Positions 37,001 through 50,000 of a stretch of 64,000 nucleotides of DNA are shown piece after piece. The notes below the pieces were generated by a model. That model saw only the letters and a program-made list of their open reading frames with translations, ran no database searches and was not told the origin of the DNA. The stretch comes from Oikopleura dioica (lineage: Eukaryota > Animalia > Chordata). The position numbers and the translations under genes were made by a program. Location of the stretch: NCBI GenBank assembly GCA_907165135.1, contig OU015567.1, positions 7,316,001 to 7,380,000 on the forward strand, read 5' to 3'. Numbering within the stretch: position 1 is the stretch's first letter; the number at the start of each line of letters is the position of its first letter.

Positions 37001-39269
37001 TATATTCGTTATGTAAGCTTCATTAGGGCCGTAATCTCGGCAGCAGAATGCGAAAAGCCGAGAGTAAACAGATAAAACATGCCCACCGCGAGGTGCTAAC
37101 TCCTGTGACAGAGACTCATATGGAATTAGTCACGGGGCCGCCGAATCATTTTAGGCCCTTGAAAGCTGCTCGCGAGTCAGTTTTTTCAGCTCGAGAGCCG
37201 ATCGAGCGAGAGCACAATTCGACCAGTGCTCGAGAGCCAAGAGAGCGAGAGCGCGAAATGAAATGCGCTCGCGAGCGCAAAGAGCGCGAACTCTGAAATA
37301 AATGTGCTCGGGAGCACAAAGAGCATCATGCTCGTGCTCGCTCGCTCTCAAGTGAGCCGCTCGCGAGTCACGAAAATTTCAAACTCTGACTGAGTGTCTC
37401 GGCAGTGAGCTGCATTTGCTCGATGTCGTTGTTTTCTCCTGCAGAGCGGAATTTGTTGAGCAGTTCTTTTTCGACTTTTTTGTATTGGTTGAGGATCGAG
37501 AGTTTTACTTCTTGGAAGTTTGAGTCTAAAATTCATTGATGAAAAAAGCGTCTTATTGAAATCATTCGTGACAGATTTTATATTTACCAGGGAGCTCTTG
37601 GGCAATAAGATGCAGTTTTCTGACGACATCAGCGGTTTCGTTGATTCTGTGTGGATTCGTAAGAACATCTTGATCGAGGGAAACAAAATTAAACCTACCC
37701 AATGCTGTAATTATTCAGCACGAGACCAGAATTAACGCTAAATTATTGAAATGCATTCACCATATAGACAATCATATGATATGATTAATATCGTATCGTA
37801 TTTATCATATATAATATAATGTTGTGTGTTTTCGTCGTTTCCTGAATTTACATTTCCCGAAAGAAATTCAGAAAAATAGCCCATCAATCGCTGCGCATCC
37901 GCGGCATGCTCTCTCGGCGTGTTGACCCCTTCCAGCTGTTCACCAAGATGGACAACTCTCGCGGCAACGGCGGATATGCGCTCCTCCAGATCTTGGAAAC
38001 TCTGGAAAGCCTGCTGCTGATGACGCTGAAGTTCTTGAATCCTCTCAGCATGGCGTTTTCCACTGCTGCGCAAGTCGGCCTCCAGCTTTTGGGATTTTTT
38101 CTCCAGTTTTGAGTCCAAAAGTCGAAGTTCTAAAAAATGTCTCTAGAACATTGCTGAATATAGGGTTGTTTTTTAAAAAGTAAATCAGTTTTGAAAAGAT
38201 GCCCGGAGCGCCGGAAAAAGGAAAAGTATTCAATAAAATCTAGTTTTTTTCTACAAAAGAAAAAGATTTAAAGCTCGTATATTCGTAATAAAATCTGCGT
38301 AATTGAATATTCTAACGGAAGCCACGCCAAATATAGTGCACCAAAATGCCATCTGGCGAGAAACAATTCGAAAAGAAACAAGATGCCAAAAACTTTACAC
38401 TGATTATCACATAAATCCACATAAAAAGATTCACAATATTACAGGTAAACTCATCCTAACCACTACACAGTAATGATTCGAATTCAGGCAAGCCTAACTC
38501 GTTACACGATACCGCTGAGGGTGAAGAAGATCCTAATTTTTTGCATATTATGAGAGAAATCCGCGTCGAGCCAAGAAAAAAGTACGAGTTTCCCGTCACT
38601 GAGAGCCAAGAAATTGGCTGGGAGTCGCGGCCCCTTCTAGATGGCAACACTAACAGTAAGTTGAAATCCTTCATAACTAAAAACAAACGGTAACCTTAGA
38701 CTTTGCATGGAATGATGATCGACTTCGTTTCCCTGTGGCTAATACTGACATTTCAAAGTACAAAGACGCCGAGTGGAAGATCAAGGAACAAATGAAAATC
38801 AATCAAGGCTAGGACTTTTTTAATTGTTGCTCTCCGAAACTGTAAATAAAAACGATACTCCCTTATCAAGAAACAGTAAAGACTGAAATGTTCAACAAAG
38901 ACAATTCAGCCTTCATAATAACTTTACCTTGAATATGATTGGAAAACTCATCGAACAGAACTTGTGGATCGAAAGTAGTTTCCGAAGACGCGCCACTTCG
39001 CCAGGCCAGCCTTTCTTTTATGAGTTGACATTTCGACTGGCGAGAAAATAAAGATACAGCTTACATTAGCGTCATTTCTAACGCTTTCCATAAACTTTGT
39101 GGAACAAAGAGTAACTTCGTCAGAAAGGCTCAAGATCGACGACGGACCCGGTTAAACTTATAAAATGAGCTAAGAAAATCAATAATCAAATGACTGTAAC
39201 TTTTCCTATGTACTGATCAACATCAAACGGATTATTCTCCGACTCATCGAAAATCTCCACATTCGACAT
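34048..39269 (-). CDS. EXOC5: Exocyst complex component 5 (Sec10)
   Basis: N-term MSNVEIFD...[14 protein letters not shown]; [15 protein letters not shown]; [16 protein letters not shown]; C-term [14 protein letters not shown]...[11 protein letters not shown]...[16 protein letters not shown]. Two transposons sit in coding exons. Confidence 0.95.
34836..35439. mobile_element. 604-bp MITE with 9-bp TSD inside an EXOC5 coding exon
   Basis: 19-bp TIR CTGGGCTCGGCAAACTGTG / CACAGTTTGCCGAGCCCAG; TSD GTACTGGAC at 34827-34835 and 35440-35448; CCTGT/ACAGG internal repeats. Superfamily uncertain. Confidence 0.95.
36662..37388. mobile_element. 727-bp hAT-like MITE inside an EXOC5 coding exon
   Basis: 13-bp TIR CAGAGTTTGAAAT / ATTTCAAACTCTG; 8-bp TSD ACTGAGTG at 36654-36661 and 37389-37396; GAGC/GCTC internal repeats. 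Confidence 0.95.
38346..38812 (+). CDS. FAM183A: FAM183/CFAP144 ciliary microtubule protein, nested antisense in EXOC5 intron 2
   Basis: KPNSLHD...DPNFLHIM...[22 protein letters not shown]...[16 protein letters not shown] resembles FAM183 (KPMSWHD...KKYPEAQTENQEIGWD...SDITLYK). Confidence 0.8.
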
Positions 39270-39504
39270 GCTAAAAATCAATGTTTTCAACACATTCATC
39301 AGTCATAAGAAGAAATCGCTTTGGACTGACACTTTTTCCGGACACGAATGGTTTTAATTTTTATTTCGAATAGGGTGTTTTTGGTTTGGTAAGTTTTCCA
39401 AACAATAAATAAGGAATAATTTACTAGTTATTTTGAACATGGATTTTTCAAGTCTTCCGGAGCAGATTTTGTTTTTTCATAAATTTAAGTTTTCTTTTCA
39501 CTGT

Positions 39505-41293
39505 TTAGTAGTGCTGCTTGTTGCCGACTTCAAGGCCGAGACCAGACTTGAGGAAGTTTCGGGATCGCATTCGGTTGGCTCCAACGTCGAAGCCGTCGCA
39601 GGCACCGTACGCGGCCTGGACGAAATCAGCGTCGTACATGTACTTGTCGACAGCAGACTCGATGTCGGTCTTGCTGACACGGGCAATGTTGGAAGTGATA
39701 GTCTTCAAAGATTGCTAGAAAAAGGTATGAGGAGAAGTTTGAATTTCAAACTTTGAAAGGTGTTTTCATAGGGAGAAGGCCCTCTGAGACACTCTTCATA
39801 AATCTACAGCAAGCATTGACTTACTCCCTGAGCAACAAGATCAGCCTCAGTGGTTGGGTTGGAGTACTTCTGGTAGAGCTTGAGAATGGCCTTGTTCTTA
39901 GCAGCCTCGATCTCGTGTTCTCTGAATTCAATTATATCGCATGGAAATGATAAAATTTCTTACTTGAGTCCCTTCCACATTCGTTTCATTTCTCGCTGCA
40001 TCTGGTAGAGAACACCCATTCCTCGGGTGGCGATTTCGATGTAACCGTGAGCACCAGCGTAGGCCTTTGGCACATGAGCGTACATGCCGAAGAGACCGCA
40101 GTCAGAGTGGGTGGTAAGCTTACCCTTGAAGGAAACGATGTCTTCGGAGTTCAAGTGTCGGGTGTGGCCGCCCTAGAACAAATAGAATGGAAGATATGAG
40201 GGAAGATTTACCTCTTCGACTCGTCGGATAGGTCGCTCAGCAGAGTAGAACTTCATAAGTGGGTTGGAAGAGTGCTGAGCATGCTGGATGGCGTTGTTGT
40301 ACTCGCCAGCGACCTGGGCAAGGACCTGGAAGACAGCAGTCTCTCTAGAAAACGGTTCGGAAGAGAAAAATGGGAACTTGAATAACCGAGGTCGGTCAGA
40401 GCCGGGGACGTAGAAACCAAGTCGGAACCAGCAGTCTTCTTCGAAATCGTTACGGTCCTTGAGCTGGTTTCCGTGGAATTGGCAGGGCTCGTTGGGAGCA
40501 ACTCGGCCAGCCTAAAAACATGGAAATACTGTCTGGCAGATGGGGTTTCCCAGACAAGACGTAGATTGTGTTGAAATCAAATAGTCTTTATCATAAATTA
40601 TGAAGTCTGTTTCAGACATGGAATTTTTTTACTGTCTTGGAAAAGGATGGATGAACTTACATTGGTGGCGATTTGGCCAGCGATAGCGCAGAGTTCGTCG
40701 TGGTTGACGTCTCCGGTGCCGACGATGGTGAGGTTGGAGCCGGCAAGGGCTTCTCGTCGGAAGGAGAGGACCTCCTCGGCGGAGGTCTCGTTGATACCAG
40801 AGGTGGTTCCGTAGGGAGAGGCGGAGAGACCAGAGAGCTAGAGAAAATTAGATAGTGAAGGTTGAGATAGTAAAGAAATTACCATGAAGCCAGACATGTG
40901 AGCGTAGTCCTCGCAGACAACCTCTTTGTTAGCAGCAACGGCGTTGAGAGCAGAGAGAGCATGAGCTCGATCAGCATCAGTGACAGCGTCAGCGCCAATG
41001 GCAGAAACGAGCTGCTCAGCGAATGCAGCGGCGTTACCAGGGACGGTGGTGCCGAAGACGCCGGATCGCTCCCGCTCGAGGTAAGAGGAAACGTTGGTGT
41101 TGCCAGCCTCGAGGTTGTTGAGCGTGACCGATCGGTTGAGAGTGGTCTGGGAAGAGGCGGTCTCGTTGCGAGAGCCACAGCCAGAGACGGCACCGACGAC
41201 AGCGAGTGGCGAAGATGATGGGTTGGTGACCACGGTGACACCGTTGGAGAGGGTGCTCTTGGTCAAGTTTCGGATCGAGTTCAGTGCCCTCAT
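39505..41293 (-). CDS. UQCRC1: Cytochrome bc1 core protein 1-like (inactive M16 peptidase, MPP-beta family)
   Basis: TLSNGVTVV...GSRNET; DYAHMSGF...GTGDVNHDEL; QVLAQVAGEY...HSSNPL; SDCGLFGMY; VDKYMYD; no HxxEH motif. TTTCAG acceptor abuts the ATG. Confidence 0.72.
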
Positions 41294-41371
41294 CTGAAAT
41301 CAATGAAGAATGAGGAAGTGAAGAGGATTATCAGTTGAATAAATAAAATATCAGGATTGTAAGTAGTAGAA

Positions 41372-42091
41372 TTATTGCAGTATCTTTTTTGATGATTTGG
41401 CGAATGAAATTGATTTCCTATTGAAGAAATTTGTCGCGCGGATTGACGGGCTTCGGTGGTTCAACAGGAGGATTCTAAATGAAGAAATTAGATCAGTGCT
41501 TTTTTTCAGGAGAATAGTTAATAAAGAAATAGTTATTATTTCAAGGGCATCTGTACTCAACGGATGCTCATTTCGAATTTCACCGCTTATTTTCGTAAAT
41601 AGCCAAACAAAGATGTATTAGAAAATCACCGGAAATATGATTTTGTGGAAATTAAGATTGGATAAGCATTGAGCAAGAGGGGCGCGCGAATTCACGAAGA
41701 TCACGAAATTTTACGGTAAGATTCGCACAACTCGACCGAGAAAATCTATTCGAAGAATCTTCGAGAAAGTAGCATGATGTAAAAAATTTAGTTTTATCAA
41801 GGCTTTATCCTTGTTCTTTTGAATTACCTGTTGTGGAGGAGGTGGAGATGGATTCATGAACCAGCGCTGTATCAGAATAATTACAGTGACAGCCACAGCA
41901 GTAGACGCCATCGAATCGACATAATATTTATACTTTTGATAGAACGACTCTTTTGGAACTTCTGCAGCTGACTCTTCTTTCGGGATTTGATTCTTTCTAT
42001 TTTTTCGCGGCGGCGTTCGAATTGGCCGATTTCGTAAAACCGATGAAATCGAAACTCGCCGGAAGGAGTTGTTGATGATAGTTCTTGACAT
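41372..42091 (-). CDS. Hypothetical single-pass membrane protein with a mitochondrial presequence-like N-terminus
   Basis: MSRTIINNSFRRVSISSVLRNRPIR (Arg/Ser-rich, acid-free) followed by TM segment STAVAVTVIILI; 3' exons uncertain. Confidence 0.35.
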
Positions 42092-42685
42092 TCTTGAGCA
42101 GCTTTTATCGAAGGAATCGTCGCATTTGTATTCTCTACTACGCGCGTTTTCGTTCTCTCGGGCCAGATCTAAATAAGAAATTTGACCAATGAGCGCGCGC
42201 GGCCGCAAGTTGCAAGAATTTGCTTCGCTCCAAAGATTCTAGATTTTCTTGAGACGATTTGAGAGATTTCTATGACTCATGCTAGGCAAACAGAATTTTT
42301 GAATGCGTTTTAAATTGATAATTAACGATATCTATTTACAAAATTAGTGATCCCCAGCTGCGAGGATATACCGTAAATAATACGATATAATATGTTTTAT
42401 CTTACCAATGAGTCTTCAAAGATGACTTTGAAGAATTAAACTACGAATTAAACGATAAACTTGAGCTTTATTATTGGAGAATTCATTCTAGAACTTTCTG
42501 AAGTCTATCAGCATTGATGTCGCTTCATCATCATTTTTTCCTCCTAATAAATTGGCAGACCGGGCTGATCCGGCTCTGAAGTATCAGAAAAGCTGCAAGA
42601 ACTGGACCAGAAACAGTACACATCAATCATTGTCAAAGGCTACTTTATTTACTTTGAAGAACTTTCAATTTCCGAATAAAGATTT

Positions 42686-44145
42686 CTACACTCTGTGCGG
42701 TTTCTGCCAGTAGCTTTTCGACCCCCTCGCCACTCGTTGCGCCTTGTTGTACGTTGACGGAAACATCTTCTTCAATACCCGCCACGTTTGCATTTCCTGG
42801 AGATAGTCGAGTCCCTGGCGAATCTTCGGATCCGGCGAGTGATCGGAAAGGTTGTTTCGCCACTTGTTCAGGGCGCTTTTGTAAATTGGCTGTGAGATCT
42901 GATCTGTTGACGGCTCTAAAAAGGGTTGAAAAGCAAAAGCGGTTGGATTCATCTGAACCGTTGGGCGCGACTTTAATCTGGTCCATTCCAGAGGTATGAT
43001 CCAGCATCATCGGGTGGAAATCCTCGCCAATAAACTTCATCGTTTTCCTCATCACAGTTTCCGTCGACAGAACCAAGTCCTCGTACAGAACCATGATGCA
43101 GTTTCCCTTGCCCCTGTGCGCTCCATTTTCTCTCTTATTCGAAGGTCAACCTCGTCTCAACTAGAAATCGCAATCAAGGATGAACCCTTTCCCATTCGTT
43201 TCGTTGGCATTGAGAAAGCATGAATCTCATGTTTCTATTCCAGTTGGAAAAGATCGACTCCAAGCTGTCGTTGTCGACGCCTGAAATTGTGATGTTCCTA
43301 GTTCTCAGGCTGTTCGCAATCGCACGCGGGTCCCGGATCATCAAAACGTATTTTGAGTTTGGAAACATATTCGGCAATGACAGAAGATTCATTTGTCGGA
43401 GAACGAACGGATCTAGCAGCAAATACATTACAGAGCTGAAACAGCCAGATTTACCTTTGTTGCACATTTGCGGAGCGGCCCGATCGTGTTCCACGATGAC
43501 CTTGAGGACAAATTCGGCAACGAGCGCGTCATACATCGCGGTACTCAAGCCCGAATCGGCCATTCGCTGAAAGTATGATCAATTTGACCTTGACGTTCAA
43601 GCGTTGAACACGCGAAACTAATCTCTACCGGGCAATAAATCAAGTCTTTATTCTCCTTCACAAAGAAAGGCCTTTGCGAACTTTCTCTTCCATGATTTCA
43701 CTTTTTACCTTTGTGTTGCGCATTTGAGCCCATCTGGAGATAAATTGAGGAATCACGTGGGTCTCCGGGCTGATTGAGTATTTAGGGTATTTTCAAGAGC
43801 AAGGTCTCTTACCCACAGCGGATATTCTCATTGATCTCGATCAAAATTCGCATCAAAGTCGTTCCAGAGCGAGGAAATCCACCAACGAAAACGATCGGGT
43901 GATTCTTGTCGTATCGATAGCCATCTTTCTCTTATTCACGGTTCTACAGTATTTTCTCGCGAAACGATCAAGAATAATAAGACCGTTTCTATAATGAATT
44001 CTCTTCCAGCACATTCACAAGTACTATCACTATTCAACACCAACGACGAAGAGCTACTAGAACTGCTCTGCGAGTGGATACTGTTACTCGAGCTCTGGTC
44101 AGTAGCATGCGCTACTATTGCCAGAAAAATACTTTTCAAAATCAT
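42686..44145 (-). CDS. TPST1: Tyrosylprotein sulfotransferase-like protein
   Basis: 5'PSB motif PIVFVGGFPRSGTTLMR, IRCGPETHVIP, CNKDP, YVLMIRDPRA, VLYEDLVL, LEPSTDQISQPI. TPST1 versus TPST2 cannot be resolved. Confidence 0.85.
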
Positions 44146-44407
44146 AAAATCGCAAAATCTAGATTGTTCGAGGAAGGAATTTTTCAAGGGGCTTCAAGGA
44201 GCAAAAGGGACGATATTTATTTATTCGCCAAAGTTTGTATTTGCGCTCAAGTCTGGACACCCAAAGTTTTCCTCAAAAAGGAAGTCTGGCTTTGCGATTG
44301 ATTTGACGCTTTTTGAATGAAGAGTCGACGGATTCAAAAAGAGGAGAGTATGTATTTCAGTGAAGGCAAGTTTGTAGAAAAATGTGAAAATGTGAGCAGG
44401 AAAGTTG

Positions 44408-45347
44408 TCAGTCTTCATTCACGCGTCTTCGTTTTTTCGCGCTTTCTTCAAGTGCATTAGTGACATCTACTTGATTTCTATGTCTGCTGGTCCCTGGAAA
44501 CGCTCTTGAAATACGATTATAATTTAAAGGGATGTAAGAGGCTTACTTGGAACGGACGCACTTGACTCGGAACTTATGGAACTTGCTGTGAACCTCTTCA
44601 GAAAAAATATCCTCAGCTGTGTACATACTGACAGACTTGGTTTCTGGAGCGAATCCATCATCGTAGATATCTTCGTCGGTCTTTTCTGACTGCTGGAATT
44701 CATCTGATGTCGACAGTCGCTAAATTAATCATATAAAAGTGCTCTTAGAGGTGTGATGTTTACCATAGTCACGTAATATTTCTTCGGCATCCTTGGCATG
44801 GCTCTCATCTTGGCGGTCATAGATGTTAGCAACTTTGTAACTGCTTTTTTCAAATCAGTCTGTTCATTTTTATCAAATTTGATTGGCTCATTATCATCCT
44901 TCATCTGGAAGCAGAGGGAGCTATCCTTGACAATGAACTTGAACATCTCAAAAATAGTAGTTTCCGGCTTGCCCTTCTCTGAGTAAAATGCCAGTATGAT
45001 GGTATTGAGGAAGCCCTTTTCGATGTACTCGAAGATCTTCTTGAGCCAGATGCTCACTTGACGCGCGGTGCAACTGTCTTCTATTTCCGCAGCGTACGGG
45101 TTCAAAACCTAGAAAATCTATCTAGCTTGCCTGAGTCTTCAAACCTTACCTTGACAGTAATATCATCGCACCTTCGGTCAACGAACAGGTTCTCTTCCAA
45201 CCTGAGTCGATGCCTGCAAACATGCGAGAATCCAACAGCAACAAGCTTTTTTATTAGTCTGCGTGAAGCTGCGATCGTATCTGTTTTCTCTTTGAAGAGA
45301 AAATTTTGCTCTGTCGCGACTTCGTTTCGATATTTCTGACGCTGCAT
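44408..45347 (-). CDS. HORMAD1: Meiotic HORMA-domain protein (Hop1/HORMAD-like)
   Basis: IKKLVAVGFSHVCRHR...CDDITVK, WLKKIFEYIEKGFLNTIILAFY...FEMFKF, DLKKAVTKLL...YYVTM follow the HORMAD pattern; basic C-terminal tail KKRRR. Confidence 0.75.
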
Positions 45348-45774
45348 TGTTAAAAAAATTCTAAGGCAACTGAGGAGACATTGTTTTCCAGGCTTTTTTC
45401 TATGATGATTCTAGAAACTGGTGCCCTGCTTTGACAAATAGATCGATTTCGGACGAGAAGGAAAGTGAGTCCTTGTTGATTTCAAAAACGATTTTCGCGA
45501 TTGTTTTGAACTATATTCTTGTTTCGTGTTTTTGTGATCAGTAAATATATATATTTTAACGAGTTTTTCATGTTTGTGATAAGAAAAATGGTTATGAAGG
45601 TAAGTTCAGTGTAAATTGAGGTATTTCAATGATGAGATTTTGTTACGCGCAAGAAGTTTTCAATGAGAGTTAGTTTGGGGTACCAGAAGAGTTTTGGGGT
45701 TGTGTCTACAGCGGTTTTGAGAAGGTGGAAGTAATAAATAGTATAGAAAGAAGTGTCTTTGGAGGATTGTCTGG

Positions 45775-48700
45775 CTAGGTTTGATGAGCCATGGCGGCGC
45801 CAGAGGCAGGATTCCGACTCAGCTGAAGACGCAGGCGATTTCCTGATTGTTGGATCGCGGCGAGCACGGCCTGGCTCTGCATCTCGTTACACCTACCAAT
45901 CGTCAGTAAAGACAGGAAATAAATTGATAGGCTAACCTTATGTTGTTGATTTGAAGTATGCGATCAAATGGCAGGACTCCAGCGCGCGCGGCAGGACCGT
46001 CCGGCTTGATCGAGTTAACAAAAACACCTTGTTCGTCTACGCCATCAGAAACTGAGAAACCAAAAGTTCCAAGTTCAAGATCCTTGAAGACGATCGCACG
46101 GAGGTTTTCTTTATATCCAGCGGTTGCTACAGAGCGTAAGTCCCTGATGACATCATCTAAAAACCCCTTATGAAACATATTATGTATTGATGGCAACGAT
46201 ACCTAAAAATTCACTAGTTTCACTTGGTGCGCGCTCGGGAAATTGCTTCGAATTCGTGTTGCCTTCCCAATTGCTCTCGTCGCTACTTCGGTCTTCTTCT
46301 TGATAAAGATGCGGTTGACGATGTTTGACATCTCTGACTCTATGGGCGGATCGCGCGCGGCTCATTTTACTCCTTGTCTCTTTCTCTTCCAAGTCAATAT
46401 TTCGAATTTCATTACGGCGCTCGCGACCTAATGCTCGATCACGGCTGCCATCTCTACTTCCAAATCTAAGAAAAAAGGATTGAAGGGTGAAATGATGGAG
46501 TAAATCTTTACCTGCTACTAGCTCTCATTCTGCGGCTATCCTGTGACCTAGAGCGCGGCAATCTCCTCGCTGAAATGTTGTCCATCGATTCGAAGTTTCT
46601 CTGGAAATCGAAATCAACGAAGAGAACAGTAATTTGTGATTTATTGGACAAATAATGTGAAATGACATGGATATGGCGTGTGACGATAAATGAATTACCT
46701 TGAGGATGGAGAATTCTAGTGGAACACTGTTATTAACGTTTGTGAGTGAAGACTTGGTTAGTAGGTTGAGTGAGGCGGAATGTGAGAGGCCGAGGCCCAT
46801 GGTGAGATTTTGTAGACTTGCCTGCGGGATGTGCCTGTCCGAGAGCGCGCGGTCCCGACCCGGCAGCCGCGCCAGGGAGCCGAATTCATTCGACCTTCGC
46901 TCTGATGCACGATGCCGAGGGTTGCCCAGTGTGTGACTGAAATATCTCGGTTGAATCTCTTTGAATCAAGTTTTCAGTAAAGGACCTTGAAAAGTTAGGA
47001 TTGCGGCTGTTAGGCTGCCTAGCTTTGCCATGATTCGATGACGAGTTCTGACTGAGTTCCGAATTGCCTGACTCCCAACTCTCCACGGCCGAGTCGTGGG
47101 ACTTGTTATTCCTGAAATGATAATTTCACGAATTAGCAACCACCACCAAAATAAGCTTGCAGCTTCAACCGCAGGACTTACGGAGTATGGTATCTCTGGA
47201 AGCGCGTTTGCTCATTATCAGATGCTTCCTCTGCTATTCTCTCGTCGAACAGCGCTCCTTGAGTTTAAAAGTTACGGATTTAGACTAGCGCACGCCTGTA
47301 CCTGTGGAAAGAGGTTGATTTGAACTTGATGGCTTCATCTCATCTTTTTCTATCTTTAATTTTAGTACATCACTTGATCTCATAAGCTAAAAAGAACGGT
47401 TATTATCTAAATAAAAGTCTTTTTTTATTAACCTCGATGCATTGTTGAAGCGTTTTCGTTTTACAAGAAGTTCCGTTGATAGATAAAATTTTGTCACCCT
47501 TTTGAATAGCTCGTGTTCTTTCGGCAATGCCGCCAGGAGTCAGGTTGGAAACATAAATCGGGTCAAATGGATCGTCCGAGCCCGTTATCGTAATACCTTC
47601 GATTTACGAGAAATGTCAGTAATTGATGACAATGATGGGTTTACCTAGCGGGCCGCCGTTACCCTTGAGCTCAACAGTAAAACATAATCCTGTTTCTTCT
47701 TCATCCTCTTTTCGTATTTTTAATCTGACCAGTTCTCCTGTGTTTTTCAAGAGCTGAATTGCATCTGATATCGTACAATGATCGAGTTTATGATTGTTGA
47801 TCGCTAAAAGCTTATCTCCCGCAGCCAAACTGCCTGTCCGATGAGCCACAGATCCAGGAATAATATTCGAAATCGCAAGAGGCTCGCCAAATATTCTATT
47901 TCGCGGCGCAGAAACTTCAATTCCAAGACTTTTCACAAGGATAACCTACAGTAACTAGGCCTATCAAAAGGCGACAGTTTCCTGGAGCCACTTTTTCGAA
48001 TAGTGGCGCCCTACCTTCTCGTTCAGAGCGATTACATGATCATAAAAGTGGACGCTAATTGGCGCGATTTCGTCGGTTACCCTTTTCCTTTGATGTGACT
48101 TCCTGTGCAACTTGAGCGTGAACTCGCCCGATGTCGGTACAACAGCGTCGGCAATGTCAAATTCGACCTCGATCTTGACCCGTCCTCGATCAGCGGAGTC
48201 CATGAGCATCTGATTTGCCTCGTCTGGGCCCATTTCCTCGAGAGGGACATCGTTCAGTCGTAAAATCCTGTCTCCGGCCTGGAACACTGCCGCCTCATCT
48301 GCCGCGCTACCTTCGTCAATCGACTCAATCAGCTTGGGCCCACCCATGAAGTCGCAAGTGGCGAAAACACCGGCAGAAATGTTGATTCCAAAGCTTGTCC
48401 GGGGCTCGCACTCGAGCGTACGGCAGAATGTTTCCTGGTGGTTCACTTTGACGAGTGCTCGAAAATATGGTACTAGCGGCCAGTCGGAAAATTTAATAAG
48501 ATCATCGACACAATTAATCTTGCAAATACGGTCTAGTAAAATCGTTTTACGTTTCCGACTACACACTTGAGCTTGTAAGGGGTCATTTAATACACTGAAC
48601 ATGAGTCAAGTTGTTTCTTGTTGAGCACTGGCCTTGATTTGGCTGCGCGTAGGGGTCGAATGACGCCACGGACATTTGCGAGAGGCCGGATTTCAACTTG

Positions 48701-50000
48701 CGCCCGCGCATTCTTGAGAAGGTGTTTGATTTCGAGCTCAGCATCGTTCCGGAGCGCGAGAAGGTGCCAGTGTTCAGATGACTGTAGCTAGTACCAGGGC
48801 CTATCGATGGTGTGTACCTGCCAGGATATCCGATACTTTTAGGACCTTCAATAGATAGTCGAACGTGACTAACTGGCAGAATTTCCAATTTGATTTGATC
48901 GCTAGGGGACGAGAGCAACCTTGTCGCATCATCAAGCGTGAGTTGTTCAACGTGATGACCATCAATTCGAATCACCTGATCACCAACATGTAATGCTCCG
49001 CAGCGATCGGCAATACTGGCCGCCACGATTTCAGAAATGACGATTACGTGTCTGTGGTTAATCACAGTTACGCTCAAATTGACTCCCAAATTGGATCCGG
49101 GCGGCTTTGCTACTTCAATAGACAGCGGCCCCTTGGCGTTTTGAACTTGATCGACTATTTGAGCCGAGTACTGGACGGTGAAAACCTCCTCGCGATCGAT
49201 AATGGCGAGGGCCTCGTCGAGGGTGCAACTGTCCAGCCGGTTGTTGCCCGCAGCGACCATTCTGTCGCCCACTTTGATTGGAGTATTCGCATCGCAAAGG
49301 GACCCAGGGCGAATGAACGAGACAACAAGAGGGCGGGTCTTCATCGGATCTTCTTTATTCACGCCGCCTCTTAGAACGATGCCACGGCCAGAGCCTGGGA
49401 CGTCGTCGCGTGGCAAATTGACAGTGACAATCTTTTGGACTTGATGGGGCGAAGGTGGAAATGTAGGAGGCAGCTCATAGTCGATGCCCAGGTTGAGTAC
49501 GTTGCCCACGTTTTTCAACAAGTTAATAATGTCGTCATGCTTCAGTCGGCTTGTATTGATCCCATTCACCGAAGAGATGATGTCGCCGACTTGGAGCAAG
49601 TCGCAGCGCGAGGCCAACCCGCCAGCGCGCAAGTGCTCCACTCGCGCCATCGACAGCTTATCGAGCCCGCCAGCGATTGTCAACCCCAGTGGCTCATCTG
49701 AGTCCTTCACAAGCCTAAAGCCAACTTTCAGTATCTTTTCAACGGGTTTAGCATTGATGTACAAAAAAATTAATTGACCCAAATGGTGATTATTCTTTCA
49801 GCAAAAATCTTACTAGAATTATTTTCGACCAAGTAAATTTTCAAAAAATCGCCTTACCTAACAGTTGTGCTGCCTTTAATTTCTTCTGGAAGAAGACTCT
49901 CCAGAGGCACCAATTGCTGCTCATAATTAGGAAGCGGACTTTGACTGCGCTTGGATCGGTGATTCTTGGAGCCAAGACAATAAAAATTCTTCAGAGGCAT
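45775..50000 (-). CDS. GRIP1: Glutamate receptor-interacting protein (multi-PDZ scaffold)
   Basis: [13 protein letters not shown]...[11 protein letters not shown]...[12 protein letters not shown]...DYELPP; further PDZs ([46 protein letters not shown]). GRIP1 versus GRIP2 not resolvable. Confidence 0.92.

Noticed and set aside
36583-37351. R/E/A-rich coiled-coil-looking ORFs
   Set aside because: Produced by GAGC repeats of the MITE in EXOC5.
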